Part shown: one piece after another, positions 37,038 to 48,444 of the stretch | Numbering within the stretch: the stretch's first letter is position 1 | Layout: the number at the start of each line of letters is the position of its first letter | Assembly (NCBI GenBank): GCA_025603075.1 | Contig: MU626301.1 | Coordinates: 1-64,000, forward strand | Direction: 5' to 3' | DNA from: Neoconidiobolus thromboides FSU 785 | Taxonomy: Eukaryota; Fungi; Entomophthoromycota | DNA: 64,000 bases | The notes under the pieces: generated by a model | What the model was told of the DNA's origin: nothing | The model's input: the letters and a program-made list of their open reading frames with translations, nothing else | The model's database searches: none | Translations under genes and position numbers: made by a program

Positions 37038-40000
37038 ATGGTTAGTTGTAAGCTTTCTTTTTTTTGAATGTAATAGAATAAATAGAATTAATCTATTGTT
37101 TTTTTTAGTTCGTGTTGAAAATGCTGTAGGTATAATTGATGTCGTTAAGGTTTGGAAAAGGGAATTTATCAGTAGTAAATTAAATTATTTTGATAAAATT
37201 GTAATTTTATTATAAATGTTGATTATAGACGGTTCAAAAAATAATGATATTTTTCTTAAGTTGTGTAATGCTATATTTAAACATTCAAATGAGAGTATGA
37301 AAGTTTATCAGAAGTATTTTGAAAAGATAAAATTAAAATTAGAATTAAGATTAAAAGGAAATTTATATAGTAGATTTTATCAGAAGCTTTTAAAATGAAA
37401 GTTCAGTAAGTTCTTTGGAATTTTAATCTAACTTTAGTTGGTCTATCAAAGTGTATATAAAGTTAGTTATGAAATAGTGGAGGACTTAAAGGGATTTAAT
37501 AAAATGGAGATGCAAAAATGTATTTATTTTATTGGAGATAATTAAGTTAATAAAGAATATTTGAATTCGTTTAGTATAATTAGTCTATTTCGTGTTATTG
37601 GTAATAGTTTTTATTTAATGATATAAATATATCAATAATATGTTAGAATCTTATATTGAACCAAGAAAAAATAAACAGTTAGAATTCACTAATGCAATAA
37701 ATTAAAAATAAATTAAGTTAACAACAAATTTAATAGCTAATGTTCAATAGATGCTTTTATGGAGAGGATATGATATCAAGAATAAATCAAATTTAAAGGT
37801 AAGTAAACTTAGAGATAGTACTAATATTAATGAACAAACTCATAAGATCGCTATTTTAGAAAAACAAACGACTAACTTTACTAAAGTAATATTTATTTTA
37901 TTTTTATTTAATATTGTAATTTTGAAGGTAGATAGAAAGTAAGGACTTATTTATAATCGTATAAATATTATTATACCAGTGTAGGATAGAAATCCCTAAA
38001 ACTCCTATTAATTTATATGAAGGTAGTAACAATTTATAATATTCATTTACATGATTAACAATAAATAAATAGATGCACTTATAGCAAATACAACTAACAA
38101 ACACAATTGAATTTGATATTATTAATACTAGATCATTAGATGAATATCATAAAAGTGATTTTATTGTTTATTTTATTTAAAATTATAATTATAGCTATTT
38201 ACGTGGTATTGAAGATGATCGAGGTTGGAAAACAGTCAATAACATTAATCCTTAAGAATAAGATCTCTTTGAGTTAGCTTGGAATGAAACTCCAACAAAC
38301 AATAAAACAAACATTGGTAATAGTTTTCAACCTGGTGACAATGGTAAACAATCATAATGGCAATAAGTAATATAATATTTATTTAATAAATAGTTTAAAA
38401 CCATGGAACATTTCAAAAGATGAGTTTGTTGATCCTAAAAATAGTTATAATTCTCTAAATGATCAGAGGGAAAATAAGTGAAATCCTTTTGATTCAAGTA
38501 ATAAATCTAATGTTAGGTTAGAACCTCAAGCCGATGAACTTAAATTAACAAATTAGAATAGTTGAAATCAACGAAAAAGGACTAGTTTTCATTAAGACAA
38601 TGATTAAAGTGCATGGTATAATAACAATCAAAGAAATCGAGGAGCCTAGAGTAAGAATAGTTGAAATAATCAAAAGACTCAGGGCAATAATATTACTCAA
38701 AAAAATCAAGGGAATTGAGGTGATATTAATATTCAAGGAAGCCAAACGAATTAAGTAACAATATCCGAACTGGGAATCAAGACATTCAGTGAAATTGGAG
38801 GAATAGTCATCAGGCTGAGAATCATGACACCCAAGGAAGTTTAGGCAACAGTAAACAAGGAAATTGTGGTAGTTATAAGTCTCATAATCAAATTGACCAA
38901 GGAAATTGAGATAGCACTCATTTTCAAAGCCAAACTAACCAAGATACTTGGAGTAGTAACGCCTAAACTGGAAACAATAATCAGCAGGGAAGTTAGGGAT
39001 CTAAACCCAAAGGTGGAAATACTTGAAGTAACGATAGTCAAATTTCCTATCAAAATGATACTCAAAACCAAACAAATGCTGATACCAATTTTAAACCAAG
39101 AGATGTCCAAGACAATCAAATAAGATGGAATGATAATCAAAGCCCTGATTAACCTGAAGAGGTAATAACCCAAATTTTAAGTCAGGCAGTGCCCAAAGTA
39201 ATCAAGGAACTTAGAATAATAATGATTCGCACCAAAATCAAAGAGACAGCAATCCCAATTCTAGCCTAAGGGGCAATACCTGAGGTAATTATAGAGGAAA
39301 TAGAGGAATAAATAGTAAAAGAAGGGGCGACTATAATCGTAGTTTCAATGATCAAGGTAATAATACTGAGGAATGGGGTGATAAGCCTAGATCAAAGATA
39401 GATTGGAGCAGAAGTTTGAACGTAGCAGGAAGTAGTTAAAACATTAACAAAACCAATCTACAAGGCTGGGGTAATAGTCAATCGAATCCAGTAACTAAAA
39501 TCAAAATAGAGAGTAATTGAGCTAAGAGTGATAGTAAAATATGAAACGACATAGGAGACTGGGGTAATGATTAACTGAATACAAGCAAGCAGGATGGTAA
39601 TTGAACTAGTAACGTCAAGTTTGAAAAAATGGAAATTTAACAAAGCAACTAGACTAATAATAATAATGCTACAGCGAACACCCAAAGAGATAACTGGACT
39701 AATAGCAATCAGTCTGAAAAGGAGAATACTTAAGGAGGTAATTGGACCTGTAATAGTTAACCTGTAAGAGTGGATACCCAGTGAAGAAATTGGGCTGATA
39801 ATCCTGAGCCCAAAAAAGTGGACACTTAAAAAGACAACCAGTCTGACAATTTTCAATCTAAAAGAATAAATTCTTGCGAAGATAATTGGTTTAATAATAA
39901 TAATGTTATCGCAGATACTGTATTAGAAGATTGGACTTCAAGGGTTAAAATAGAAAAACGATCTAATAATGAGCAGTCCGGGCAACCAAGTACTCAAAAA

Positions 40001-40520
40001 AGTAATTGGAATAACAAAAATATTATTTCAAATACTGTACAAGGAGATTGGGCTCTAAAAGTCAAAAAGGAAAAGTGGATAGTACTGAACAACTCAAGAA
40101 AAAAGATACAAAAGCAGATAATTGAGGTAATATTATTATTATTATTATTGAAAGTACTAGAGGAAATTGGACTTCAAAAGCAAAAATGGAAAAGGCTGAT
40201 AACTAAAAACAACTCAAGGAAGAAAATATGTAAGCAAATAGTTATAATAAAAATACTAATATTACAGAGACTGTATAAAGTTCATGGACCTCAAAAGTTA
40301 ATTAACCTAAAAAACTAAATGCTGGACAAAGTAGAAATAACGATATTAATACTACGGAAACTACTAAAGGATTATGGACCTCAAAAGTCAAGAAAGAACG
40401 AAGGTGGTATGGTGACCTGGAGAGTAATATTACTATAAATATGAAATCTATAGAAAGCTTGAATATGGATGATTTGGATGATAATGATGATATCTTAGAA
40501 CTAGATTTAAATTGCTGAAA
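37038..40520 (+). pseudogene. Decayed gene with a globular N-terminus and a long N/Q/S-rich Trp-repeat (WG/NW, Ago-hook-like) tail
   Basis: ATG at 37038, then a canonical intron 37048-37108 and in-frame continuation into ORF 37216. From about 38200 the frame reads DRGWK, PWN, GN*G, GS*G, EEWGDK, QGWGN, GDWGN, GGNWT, RNWAD plus an RG-rich patch, with many stops and frameshifts near 38755, 39156 and 40075. Confidence 0.75.
39890..40420 (+). repeat. Five imperfect coding tandem repeats of about 117 bp (39 aa)
   Basis: The core TGGAC(T/C)TCAA / W-T-S-K-V has its Trp codons at 39932, 40049, 40168, 40285 and 40375 (spacings 117, 119, 117, 90). Confidence 0.8.
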
Positions 40521-40682
40521 TTTATTCTTAGATGAAAGGTATTCTAGAAAAATAAAAATGATAATGATCAAAATAGTGGGAAAAAGGACAAAGATTTGAA
40601 AAACAAAAGAGGATCTCGAGAGCAGTGAGGCAATGATTATCAGGATGGGGAAGATAATTGATCAATCGAGATTTTAAGTTAG

Positions 40683-40797
40683 TATGGGGATATGTTTTTT
40701 TGTTTAAGAATTTTACCAACAATTTTTCTATTTTTAAGCGCTGTTTGAACAGAAAAATTGTTGGTAAAATTCTTAAACATAAAAATACATCCCCATA
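40683..40797. mobile_element. MITE family A palindromic (fold-back) derivative
   Basis: 47-bp arms 40683-40729 and 40751-40797 are inverted repeats around the family's central AAGCGCT segment. Confidence 0.9.
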
Positions 40798-41472
40798 TAT
40801 TATTATATTTTAGTGTTTGAAAAATATAATAGAATATTAAGTTGCTTTTTATACCATTCTATTATTATTTGATAGTAAATTATTTATTAAATTAAAAGGG
40901 TAATATAAAGTTTGATTTCAATATATATAATTTTATTATTATTATAAATAAGGAATGCTCTTTTTAACTCAATGGAGTAAGTCATTAGTAGCAATCATAG
41001 TCATTTTAAAAAGAACCTATTAAGAACTGTTATTTCCTTTTTCTATAAGTTACATACTCTTGACTTTTACTAATTCTATCGCTTTAAACCTTAATTTATC
41101 TCTTAAGTTTCTTAATTTTAATACTTGGCATTACTTAGTTTAAAATTTTAAAAATAAATATTGTATGTTTTGATTTCAAAATATTACACAATATAAAACA
41201 TGTAACACCTTGTTATCCAAAAAGCAACTTATTCTAATCAAGAAATTCCATAAATTTATGTTAAGTTTATACGATTAAACTTATTTAAAATCTATAAAGT
41301 ACCTACTCTGATTAGTTATAAAATATAAATAGTATTCATCTAATAATATATAATATAATAAGTATTATAATAATAAATAATAATACAATTATAACAAGTG
41401 AAAAATTAAGTAATAATAATATAAGTTTACTTTATACAAAGATTTATTAAACAGATAATAAAATAGATTAAA

Positions 41473-42552
41473 TTAATTGTCACGTTTTACAACATGAATG
41501 ATATTAGGAGATTCATCAGTTAATACAGTATCAAATACATAATCCCAAACTTTAGAAGTTATACCAAATCCAACTTGATAATTAGAATGATGATGTGCCA
41601 TATGATACGATTTCATTTCTTTAAAATAATTAAAAAATATATGACCATGATGAACATAGTAATGAACTAAATCATAACATATGTAACCAAATACTCCACC
41701 AGATAACAAAGCAAATCTTATTCCATCTAAAGAACTATCGTTTAAAATTAAAGATACTATTTTATATAAAGGTAAGCCTAAAGCAACACCAAGTACAGGT
41801 GGTAATACTAATCGCATTCTATCCATTGGAATATAGTGATGAACACCGTGCAAAAGAAAATGTACAAATAAAAAGAAAGGAGTATCAGGTACTAAATCAT
41901 CTAAATGAAATAGAAATCGGTGGATTGAATATTCAATTAATGTAAATATAAATATACCCCCAATAAAACAATAACCCATAATATTATTGGCTGTATTTAA
42001 ATTATAAGAAAGTAATAAAAAATAGAAGCATACAGGTAACCAAAAGGTAGGTATAACATACCAAGCAGTACGAGTTAACATTTCTAAAAATGGACTTGAA
42101 AAAAAGATAGGAGATTCTTTTGTATAACGTGGGGTATGTACTTGTTTTAAATAAAATTCTTTTGAAAAGTTATTAAAAAACATTTGTTCAAATAAAGCAC
42201 CATTTAAATCTAAAAACTTTTCTTCTTTTAAATCTTTACTTATATCCGTATAAGTATGATTTCCTTTATGCGCAAAACTATCTGCTTTACCACCTGCTTC
42301 TCTAACTTCCCCAATTAAAAATTCATCTAATATATTGTGGGCATTCTCTGAGTGTCTATAACTGATTGGATCATTGAATATATTTGTTATATCTTTACCA
42401 CCATATTTTAATATTAAATCTTCACCCCCTGGATGGTCTTCTGCAAATTCGGTAACATCATAAATTTTACCTTTATAAATAACCCAACAGGAATGAGTGG
42501 TATTATGTAGTTTAACTTCTTCAGGCGTATATGCTTGTAATACACTAATCAT
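41473..42552 (-). CDS. SCS7: Sphingolipid fatty acid alpha-hydroxylase (cytochrome b5 + FA hydroxylase), intronless
   Basis: Cytochrome b5 domain (CWVIYKGKIYDVTEFAEDHPGG) and His boxes (EYSIHRFLFH, LHGVHH, YDLVHYYVHH, HMAHH). Likely ATG at 42552. Confidence 0.95.
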   Translation of the reverse strand: MISVLQAYTPEEVKLHNTTHSCWVIYKGKIYDVTEFAEDHPGGEDLILKYGGKDITNIFNDPISYRHSENAHNILDEFLIGEVREAGGKADSFAHKGNHTYTDISKDLKEEKFLDLNGALFEQMFFNNFSKEFYLKQVHTPRYTKESPIFFSSPFLEMLTRTAWYVIPTFWLPVCFYFLLLSYNLNTANNIMGYCFIGGIFIFTLIEYSIHRFLFHLDDLVPDTPFFLFVHFLLHGVHHYIPMDRMRLVLPPVLGVALGLPLYKIVSLILNDSSLDGIRFALLSGGVFGYICYDLVHYYVHHGHIFFNYFKEMKSYHMAHHHSNYQVGFGITSKVWDYVFDTVLTDESPNIIHVVKRDN

Positions 42553-44158
42553 CGTAAGATATAAATATTTTAACTCTTTTAAAATTTTCACCTTTGTATT
42601 TTGATTTACCTTATATACTTTCAGTTAGAGGAAAATTTATTAACCAATGAAATGAGCTATTAACACCCAGTTGGAATAATTATCTTAAACCGATACCCTT
42701 AACTAGCCACTTTATTAAATCAAAATTTACCTCTAATTCTACTACAAAACAGTTATTAAAAGAGAGAGAATAATTTAACTATATAATTATTACATACTGT
42801 TAAAGTGTATCTTCTGTATATAGTATATATAAAAATATATATATTCATAATATTGTGAATATTTAATGTTTTATTTTAAATAAAGGATTACGGAACAACT
42901 ACGTAAATTGGATTATCCTCTAATAATTTCTGATTTCTAATGTTTATCCTGCATTTATAAAAAAACCAAAATTTACCCCAACAAAAGTAACAAATTGATT
43001 GGTAATTAATTTCATGAATCAAAATGAAGCAGTTATGAGATCATTAGGGACTATGAGCTAAGAATTGAACCTAAAGTTAAGAATTACTAATTTTGGGGTG
43101 GAGCATGGTTAGCTAAATTAATAAAAATATTTTTTATCATTCCTATTTTTTGGAATATTTTATTAAGCATTTAAGGAAGTTAAATAAATTAGTAATTCAA
43201 ATTGAAAAAAGTTCTTTCTCACCCTGTTAAATTTTATTACAAATTGTTCAATATTTGTTACTCATATTATGTTGCCAAGTACCAAAAAAATGTAGTAACT
43301 CTTTTTATAAAAAAATAAATACAATAGCTTATCAATAAAAGAATTACACATTTATTTTTTTATCTATAAAGAAAAAGATGGGATCTGATGGATAAATAGG
43401 ACCCAAAACTTTGAATTTTGCGATAAAAATTTATTGAGGATTACCCTTTTTTATTAACACTTTTGAAGTTTACTTAAGAATAAATTTATCTTTCGATCAT
43501 TTCAATTCTCATTATTTATCATTCTGCTTTATTTTACGCAGTATTTTAAATTTTAAGGTTAGCTTTATGGGAAAGTTGATCTGTATATTAATCACTCAAT
43601 AATTTCAATTGTAAAAAATAAATGGCAGAAATTTTAATATATTATATAATACTAAAATTAAAATAAAGATATCAGCTAAATTAATATATCTATTTATATT
43701 ACTAAGATTAATTTTTAATATAAAATTAAAAAATTGAAACTTTAAAATAGATAAATGGAATGAACTTTGGCTTTAAAATATGGCATTTAATATGAGCTAA
43801 CTTTAAATTCTTTTTGTTTTTAGCAAGAGCCGAATTAGGTTTAAAACATTTTAATTTGAACAAATTATAAATCGGAACTTAATCTATTTTGATGTATTTG
43901 TCATTCATTTTACTTAACTGTATTATAGAGCTTTTGAGGTATGACTAATATGCTCATTTCATTCAAGTCTTATATTAGAGCTAAGGGATTTATAAATAAT
44001 CCGTATAAATGTCATATATTTTATTATAAATTTCATAAAAATTTTGCTCAATATTCTAGATGTTAACTAAAAGCTAGTTTTTTTTATCCTAAAATTAGCC
44101 TAAAATAAAAAAAGTTGGGAATTAAAATCATCCAAGAGTTGATAAGTAAAATTTTAGA

Positions 44159-44265
44159 ATATGGGGATGTTTTTTTTGGCTTCATTACTTTTTCCATTTT
44201 TTAAGCGCTATTTGAGTGCAAAAATTGTTAGTAAAATTCTTAAACATAAAAATACATTCCCATAT
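44159..44265 (-). mobile_element. MITE family A copy (well conserved)
   Basis: ATATGGGGATGTTTTTTTTGGCTTCATTACTTTTTCCATTTTTTAAGCGCTATTTGAG...TTAAACATAAAAATACATTCCCATAT. Confidence 0.92.
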
Positions 44266-44321
44266 TAAACATGTTTGAATATTTACTATAATGAACGTGT
44301 ATTAAAAAAATAATAAAAATA

Positions 44322-44392
44322 TGCGTAAACTGGGAATCGAACCCAGGCCACTTCTTTGGAAGAGAAGTATTCTACCTCTATACTATTTACGC
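44322..44392 (-). tRNA. tRNA-Gly (TCC)
   Basis: GCGTAAA acceptor stem pairs with TTTACGC+A; anticodon arm CTTCT-CTTCCAA-AGAAG; T arm CTGGG-TTCGATT-CCCAG; no intron. Confidence 0.95.
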
Positions 44393-44842
44393 TCAACATA
44401 ACATATAAATTAAAATAAATAAAGATTAAAATTATTTTCTGGAGTTTTATTGATTATTTTAATTCTAATATTGGAAATCCTTTTGCTTTGTAATAACGCA
44501 CCTTTTTTAATATATAGTCATTTAGTAACCCAAATAGGTTTCTATTATTAGATTGATTACATATATGTTACGTTAGAACGAAGGATGTTAATAAAGTTAT
44601 TTATCACTGAAAGATCACAACATCCAAAATATTATAAATTCTTATTATTTTATATCAAATCAAACTATATTTTTAATCACTATATTTTTAATCACTATAT
44701 TAAATTCAAACTTATTATGTTATTGGGTTTTAAATATCAGTAAAAAATATATTTCTCTTTTTTTAAAATAAAAATGTTTGAATTTAATAAATCTATTTTA
44801 AATAATATTCATCCCACATAGTTGGTATGAATTATTTACCAT

Positions 44843-44944
44843 TTGTGTTTTTTTTGACTTCATTACTTTTCCATCTTTTAAGCACTACTTAAAAATGAAA
44901 AAATTGTTAGTAAAATTCTTAAACACAACAATACATTCCCATAT
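44843..44944 (-). mobile_element. MITE family A copy (left terminus eroded)
   Basis: TTTGACTTCATTACTTTTCCATCTTTTAAGCACTACTT...GTTAGTAAAATTCTTAAACACAACAATACATTCCCATAT. Confidence 0.85.
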
Positions 44945-45345
44945 CTTATTTTTTCCCCTCATGTCAAGCATAAGAAAATTGTTTCCATATTCTTATTAGA
45001 CCTAGAGTATTATTGTTTGACTACTGATTACTTTCCCTTCATAATTCAAAATTATGTTAATATTCTTAGCTATATCACTTGTTTTTTATTTTGTTTGTCA
45101 TGATTTATAATATGAATGTTCCTAACTTTTACTTTATTAATTGCTTTTGGTGTCATAAATAAATAGTACTTTATTTAGATAGATATCAAAAAATCAAATA
45201 GTTGTAATTGACCAAACTGATATTATAACATACTTATATAATAAAAAACTTTTCAAAAATAGTTACAAATATTTTTCATTTTTATTTTTTGCTTTCAAAT
45301 TATATAATTTTATTAGGTGTTTTAATAAAGACAAAATAAATTATA

Positions 45346-45451
45346 ATATGGGGATGTATTTTTCTGTTTAAGAATTTTACTAACAATTTTTGCACTCAAA
45401 TAGCGCTTAAAATATAGAAAAATTTCTAAACAGAAAAACACATCCCCATAT
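45346..45451 (+). mobile_element. MITE family A copy with TIR extended to about 32 bp
   Basis: Left ATATGGGGATGTATTTTTCTGTTTAAGAATTT; the right end AAATTTCTAAACAGAAAAACACATCCCCATAT is its near-complement. Confidence 0.92.
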
Positions 45452-46092
45452 GTTATATGTTAAGTTACTTTAATGTTAGGATCGAAAGTGTCGATGATTA
45501 AGAAGTCAGTATTAATCTAAAAAAATATGCAATACACGAAAACAAAAATAGCTTGAATTTTTATATTGAAAACAAGTGTCAGGTGTACTCATCTAAATCC
45601 AATGGTAATTATAGCATTTTAATATTATCCACATTATTTAGGAAAGTAAATTTATTTAATTATTTTAATTGGTTTATTACATTTTAGTGTAATTATTAAA
45701 TATCAAGTTCATTATATTTTCATTTATTTTACCATCTTACTTAACGGGATATATTTAAGTATTTAATATTATCTCAATCGACTTATTAGATTCCAAACAT
45801 TTTAAATTTTATCTGTTCTACTATAAATTCCTATATTTTTACTCAAATAACATCATGAGATAGGTATTAAATCTTTACTTGAATACAAAATCTTTAAACT
45901 TTAATAATACTATTGGTACTTTTAACAGCAATACCTTTCGTAACTTATTATAAATGAATCTACCCTAATGGCCGAGTCTATCTATATTGTTTCCTGGGAT
46001 CTTCTAATGAACAGGTTTAGGTACGTTCCAATTAGCTTTTTCACTAATCTAATGCTTATCTATGTTCCTAGATAACCCTTTATAATAGTAGT

Positions 46093-46197
46093 ATATGGGG
46101 ATGTATTTTTGTGTTTAAGAATTTTACTAATGATTTTCCACGTAAATAGCGCTTAAAAACGGAAAAAATAATGAAGTTAAAAAAAACATTCCCATAT
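46093..46197 (+). mobile_element. MITE family A copy (reference orientation)
   Basis: ATATGGGGATGTATTTTTGTGTTTAAGAATTTTACTAA...AAATAGCGCTTAAAAACGGAAAAAATAATGAAGTTAAAAAAAACATTCCCATAT. Confidence 0.92.
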
Positions 46198-47308
46198 AGT
46201 TGGTTAAATTTTCAGATTTCTAATACTAATACTTTTTTTGAAAACAAAGCCATGTTGTAACCTTTAGTTTTTTCTTAATACAGTTTATTTTATTGATTAT
46301 TCCAAAGGTTGTAAAACAGCTTCTATAGTATTGAGCTCTTTTTTTAGACCTAATTATTAAATCAATATATTCATCAAATCCATTAGCTTTTATTTAATAA
46401 AAAAAACTAACAAATATTAGCATTACAAAGAGATATATTAATAAAAATCTCAAGGAAGTTAGAAATGTTATTATTTTTGATATGGATGTCAGTAAGTATT
46501 GAAATAAATATTAAAAACAGTAACAAATTATCACCTTTTGTGTATAAAAATCATAGTGATAAAAGTAATTTGAGAAACTAGATTACTTGAAATATCATCA
46601 ACACTAAACGTTATATTTGTTGATAGTAAATATCATAGATTTATGTTATAGTTTTGAGTGTATGATACCGAGGTTTTCACTTTAACAAATTAATTCTAGT
46701 TTAACCCTATTGATATATTTAATAATGAAGTATCAAATGTAGATTAAAACAAGGGTTACAAACTGTTTAAATAATATCAAAAATTTATATTAGAAATTTC
46801 TTTATAGCCAGTTTTAGGGTTAAATAACATCACTTTCGAATTTAAATTATAAGAAATAATACTAATAAGGTACAGGTAGAGGGTGTACGGATAGCTTTTT
46901 CTATATTTTATTATGTTTTTACCTGAGCTATGATGAATAACTAAATATAACATCATAAAATTTAAAACTAGTCTGGATATTCAAAATCATGGTTTCCAAA
47001 TTTATCCCACAACTTTATTAAAAAGGAAATTCTTAACACAAAATTGTCACTATCATATGATCGGTACTATTGTATACTTACTTCTATACTATCTACTTTA
47101 AATTTCAATTTTTATTAGATGGGAAACGGTGAGTTAGAGTAACAGTCATTCAGAATATGTTTGTTCTATTCAATAGATCAAATTTAAGTTAGTGACTCAT
47201 AGTACCTTGGTCATAAAAATACAAAATAAAATAAACTAAACTAAATTAAAACTTTAATTTTGCAAATTAAAACTATTAAAACTTTATTAAATTTCATCAT
47301 TTTCTTTC

Positions 47309-48170
47309 ATGTATAGAGTCAAATTAGTAAACTTTAAAAATACAACAAAATATTTTAATTTTAGGTAATTCAAAAAGTTCGTTATATATATTTGAATCTA
47401 ACCGTTTGTTGAGATCTCTTTCTAACTTAAATAATGAACCGAAAATAAGGGAATCAGTAGTAGATATATGTGCTTTAAATTATGACGATTTATTCAGTCC
47501 TTCAAGTATCAGTGCAATAAGCAAGCGATTATCTATAAGTTCTTCACAACGACCAGCATTTCGCTTCAAATATGATAAGACTCAAATAGTTTCAGAAGCT
47601 TCAGTACTGATGCTGTTATGTAGTGTAGATAAAGTGCCCTCAGTTCTTTTCACAGTTCGAACAAAAAACTTATCTTCTCATCCTGGTGAAATTAGTTTTC
47701 CTGGGGGTAAAAGAGATGAATCAGATGATACTTTATTAGCAACTTGTTTAAGAGAAACTTATGAAGAGATAGGCATACCTTCTGATTTAATCCATATTTT
47801 AGGGCAGTATTCTCCTTTACCTAATTGGAAGGGAAACCTGAAAGTATATCCATATGTGGGAATCATACTGAAAGAGCTTAATCATTGTGGAAATGAATTA
47901 AAGATTCACACCGAATCAGTTAAAGGGGAAGAAAATTTACTTGATTTAAAGTTAAATAAGGATGAAGTCGATAATTACTTTACAATACCAATTAACGATT
48001 TATTGAAAAAAGAAAGCATAGAAACATGGGACTCGCCTCGTGGTTCACCAAATAAGGTGCCTAGATATCGTACGCCAGAATATATTGATGGTACTATATG
48101 GGGATTAACTGGGTTCATCTTACATGGCGTGTTAGAGATTTGCTTTAAAGAAAGATATCTCAAATCTTAA
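47309..48170 (+). CDS. Nudix CoA pyrophosphatase (NUDT8/PCD1-like)
   Basis: LFTVRTKNLSSHPGEISFPGGKRDESDDTLLATCLRETYEEIG (UPF0035 motif + Nudix box) and IWGLTG. The real ATG is probably 47309, with one intron before the track's TTG; the basic N-terminus suggests mitochondrial targeting. Confidence 0.9.
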
Positions 48171-48444
48171 GTTTTTTAATCTTTATTTATTTTACATTAT
48201 AATATCTTAAGTGATTAAACTAATTAAAGCATAAAGTAGTTTAAATATTGTAATTTTTGAAATAGTATGTAGCAAGCATTATTATTGTTTAATAGCCAAA
48301 ATTTATGTCACAATATTAATTAAAATTTTATTAGACAATATACTATTTTAGTAATTTTGAAAATTTGTCCTAAGTATTATGGGAACTTTCAATTTGAGGA
48401 ATTAAAATTATACCGAATAAAATTCAAAATTTTATTTTTTAAAA

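Noticed and set aside
38545-39856. Hydrophobic ORFs 38545-38745(-), 38841-39173(-), 38866-39123(+) and 39458-39856(-) as membrane proteins
   Set aside because: These are shadow frames of the N/Q/S-rich pseudogene frame; the I/L/V richness follows from its codon composition.
38401-40520. Alternative genetic code (TGA/TAG = Trp) or restorative A-to-I editing explaining the stop-riddled Trp-repeat gene
   Set aside because: Intact neighbours use TGG for Trp and end on normal stops (e.g. TGA in STOML2, TAA in AQR). The region also has frameshifts and a TAA aligned to Gln, which A-to-I editing cannot repair. RNA-seq would settle it.
47193-47199. Gcn4/AP-1 site TGACTCA upstream of the Nudix gene (and partial sites upstream of TRP2)
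   Set aside because: A single 7-mer, expected by chance in 64 kb; the TRP2 sites are imperfect.
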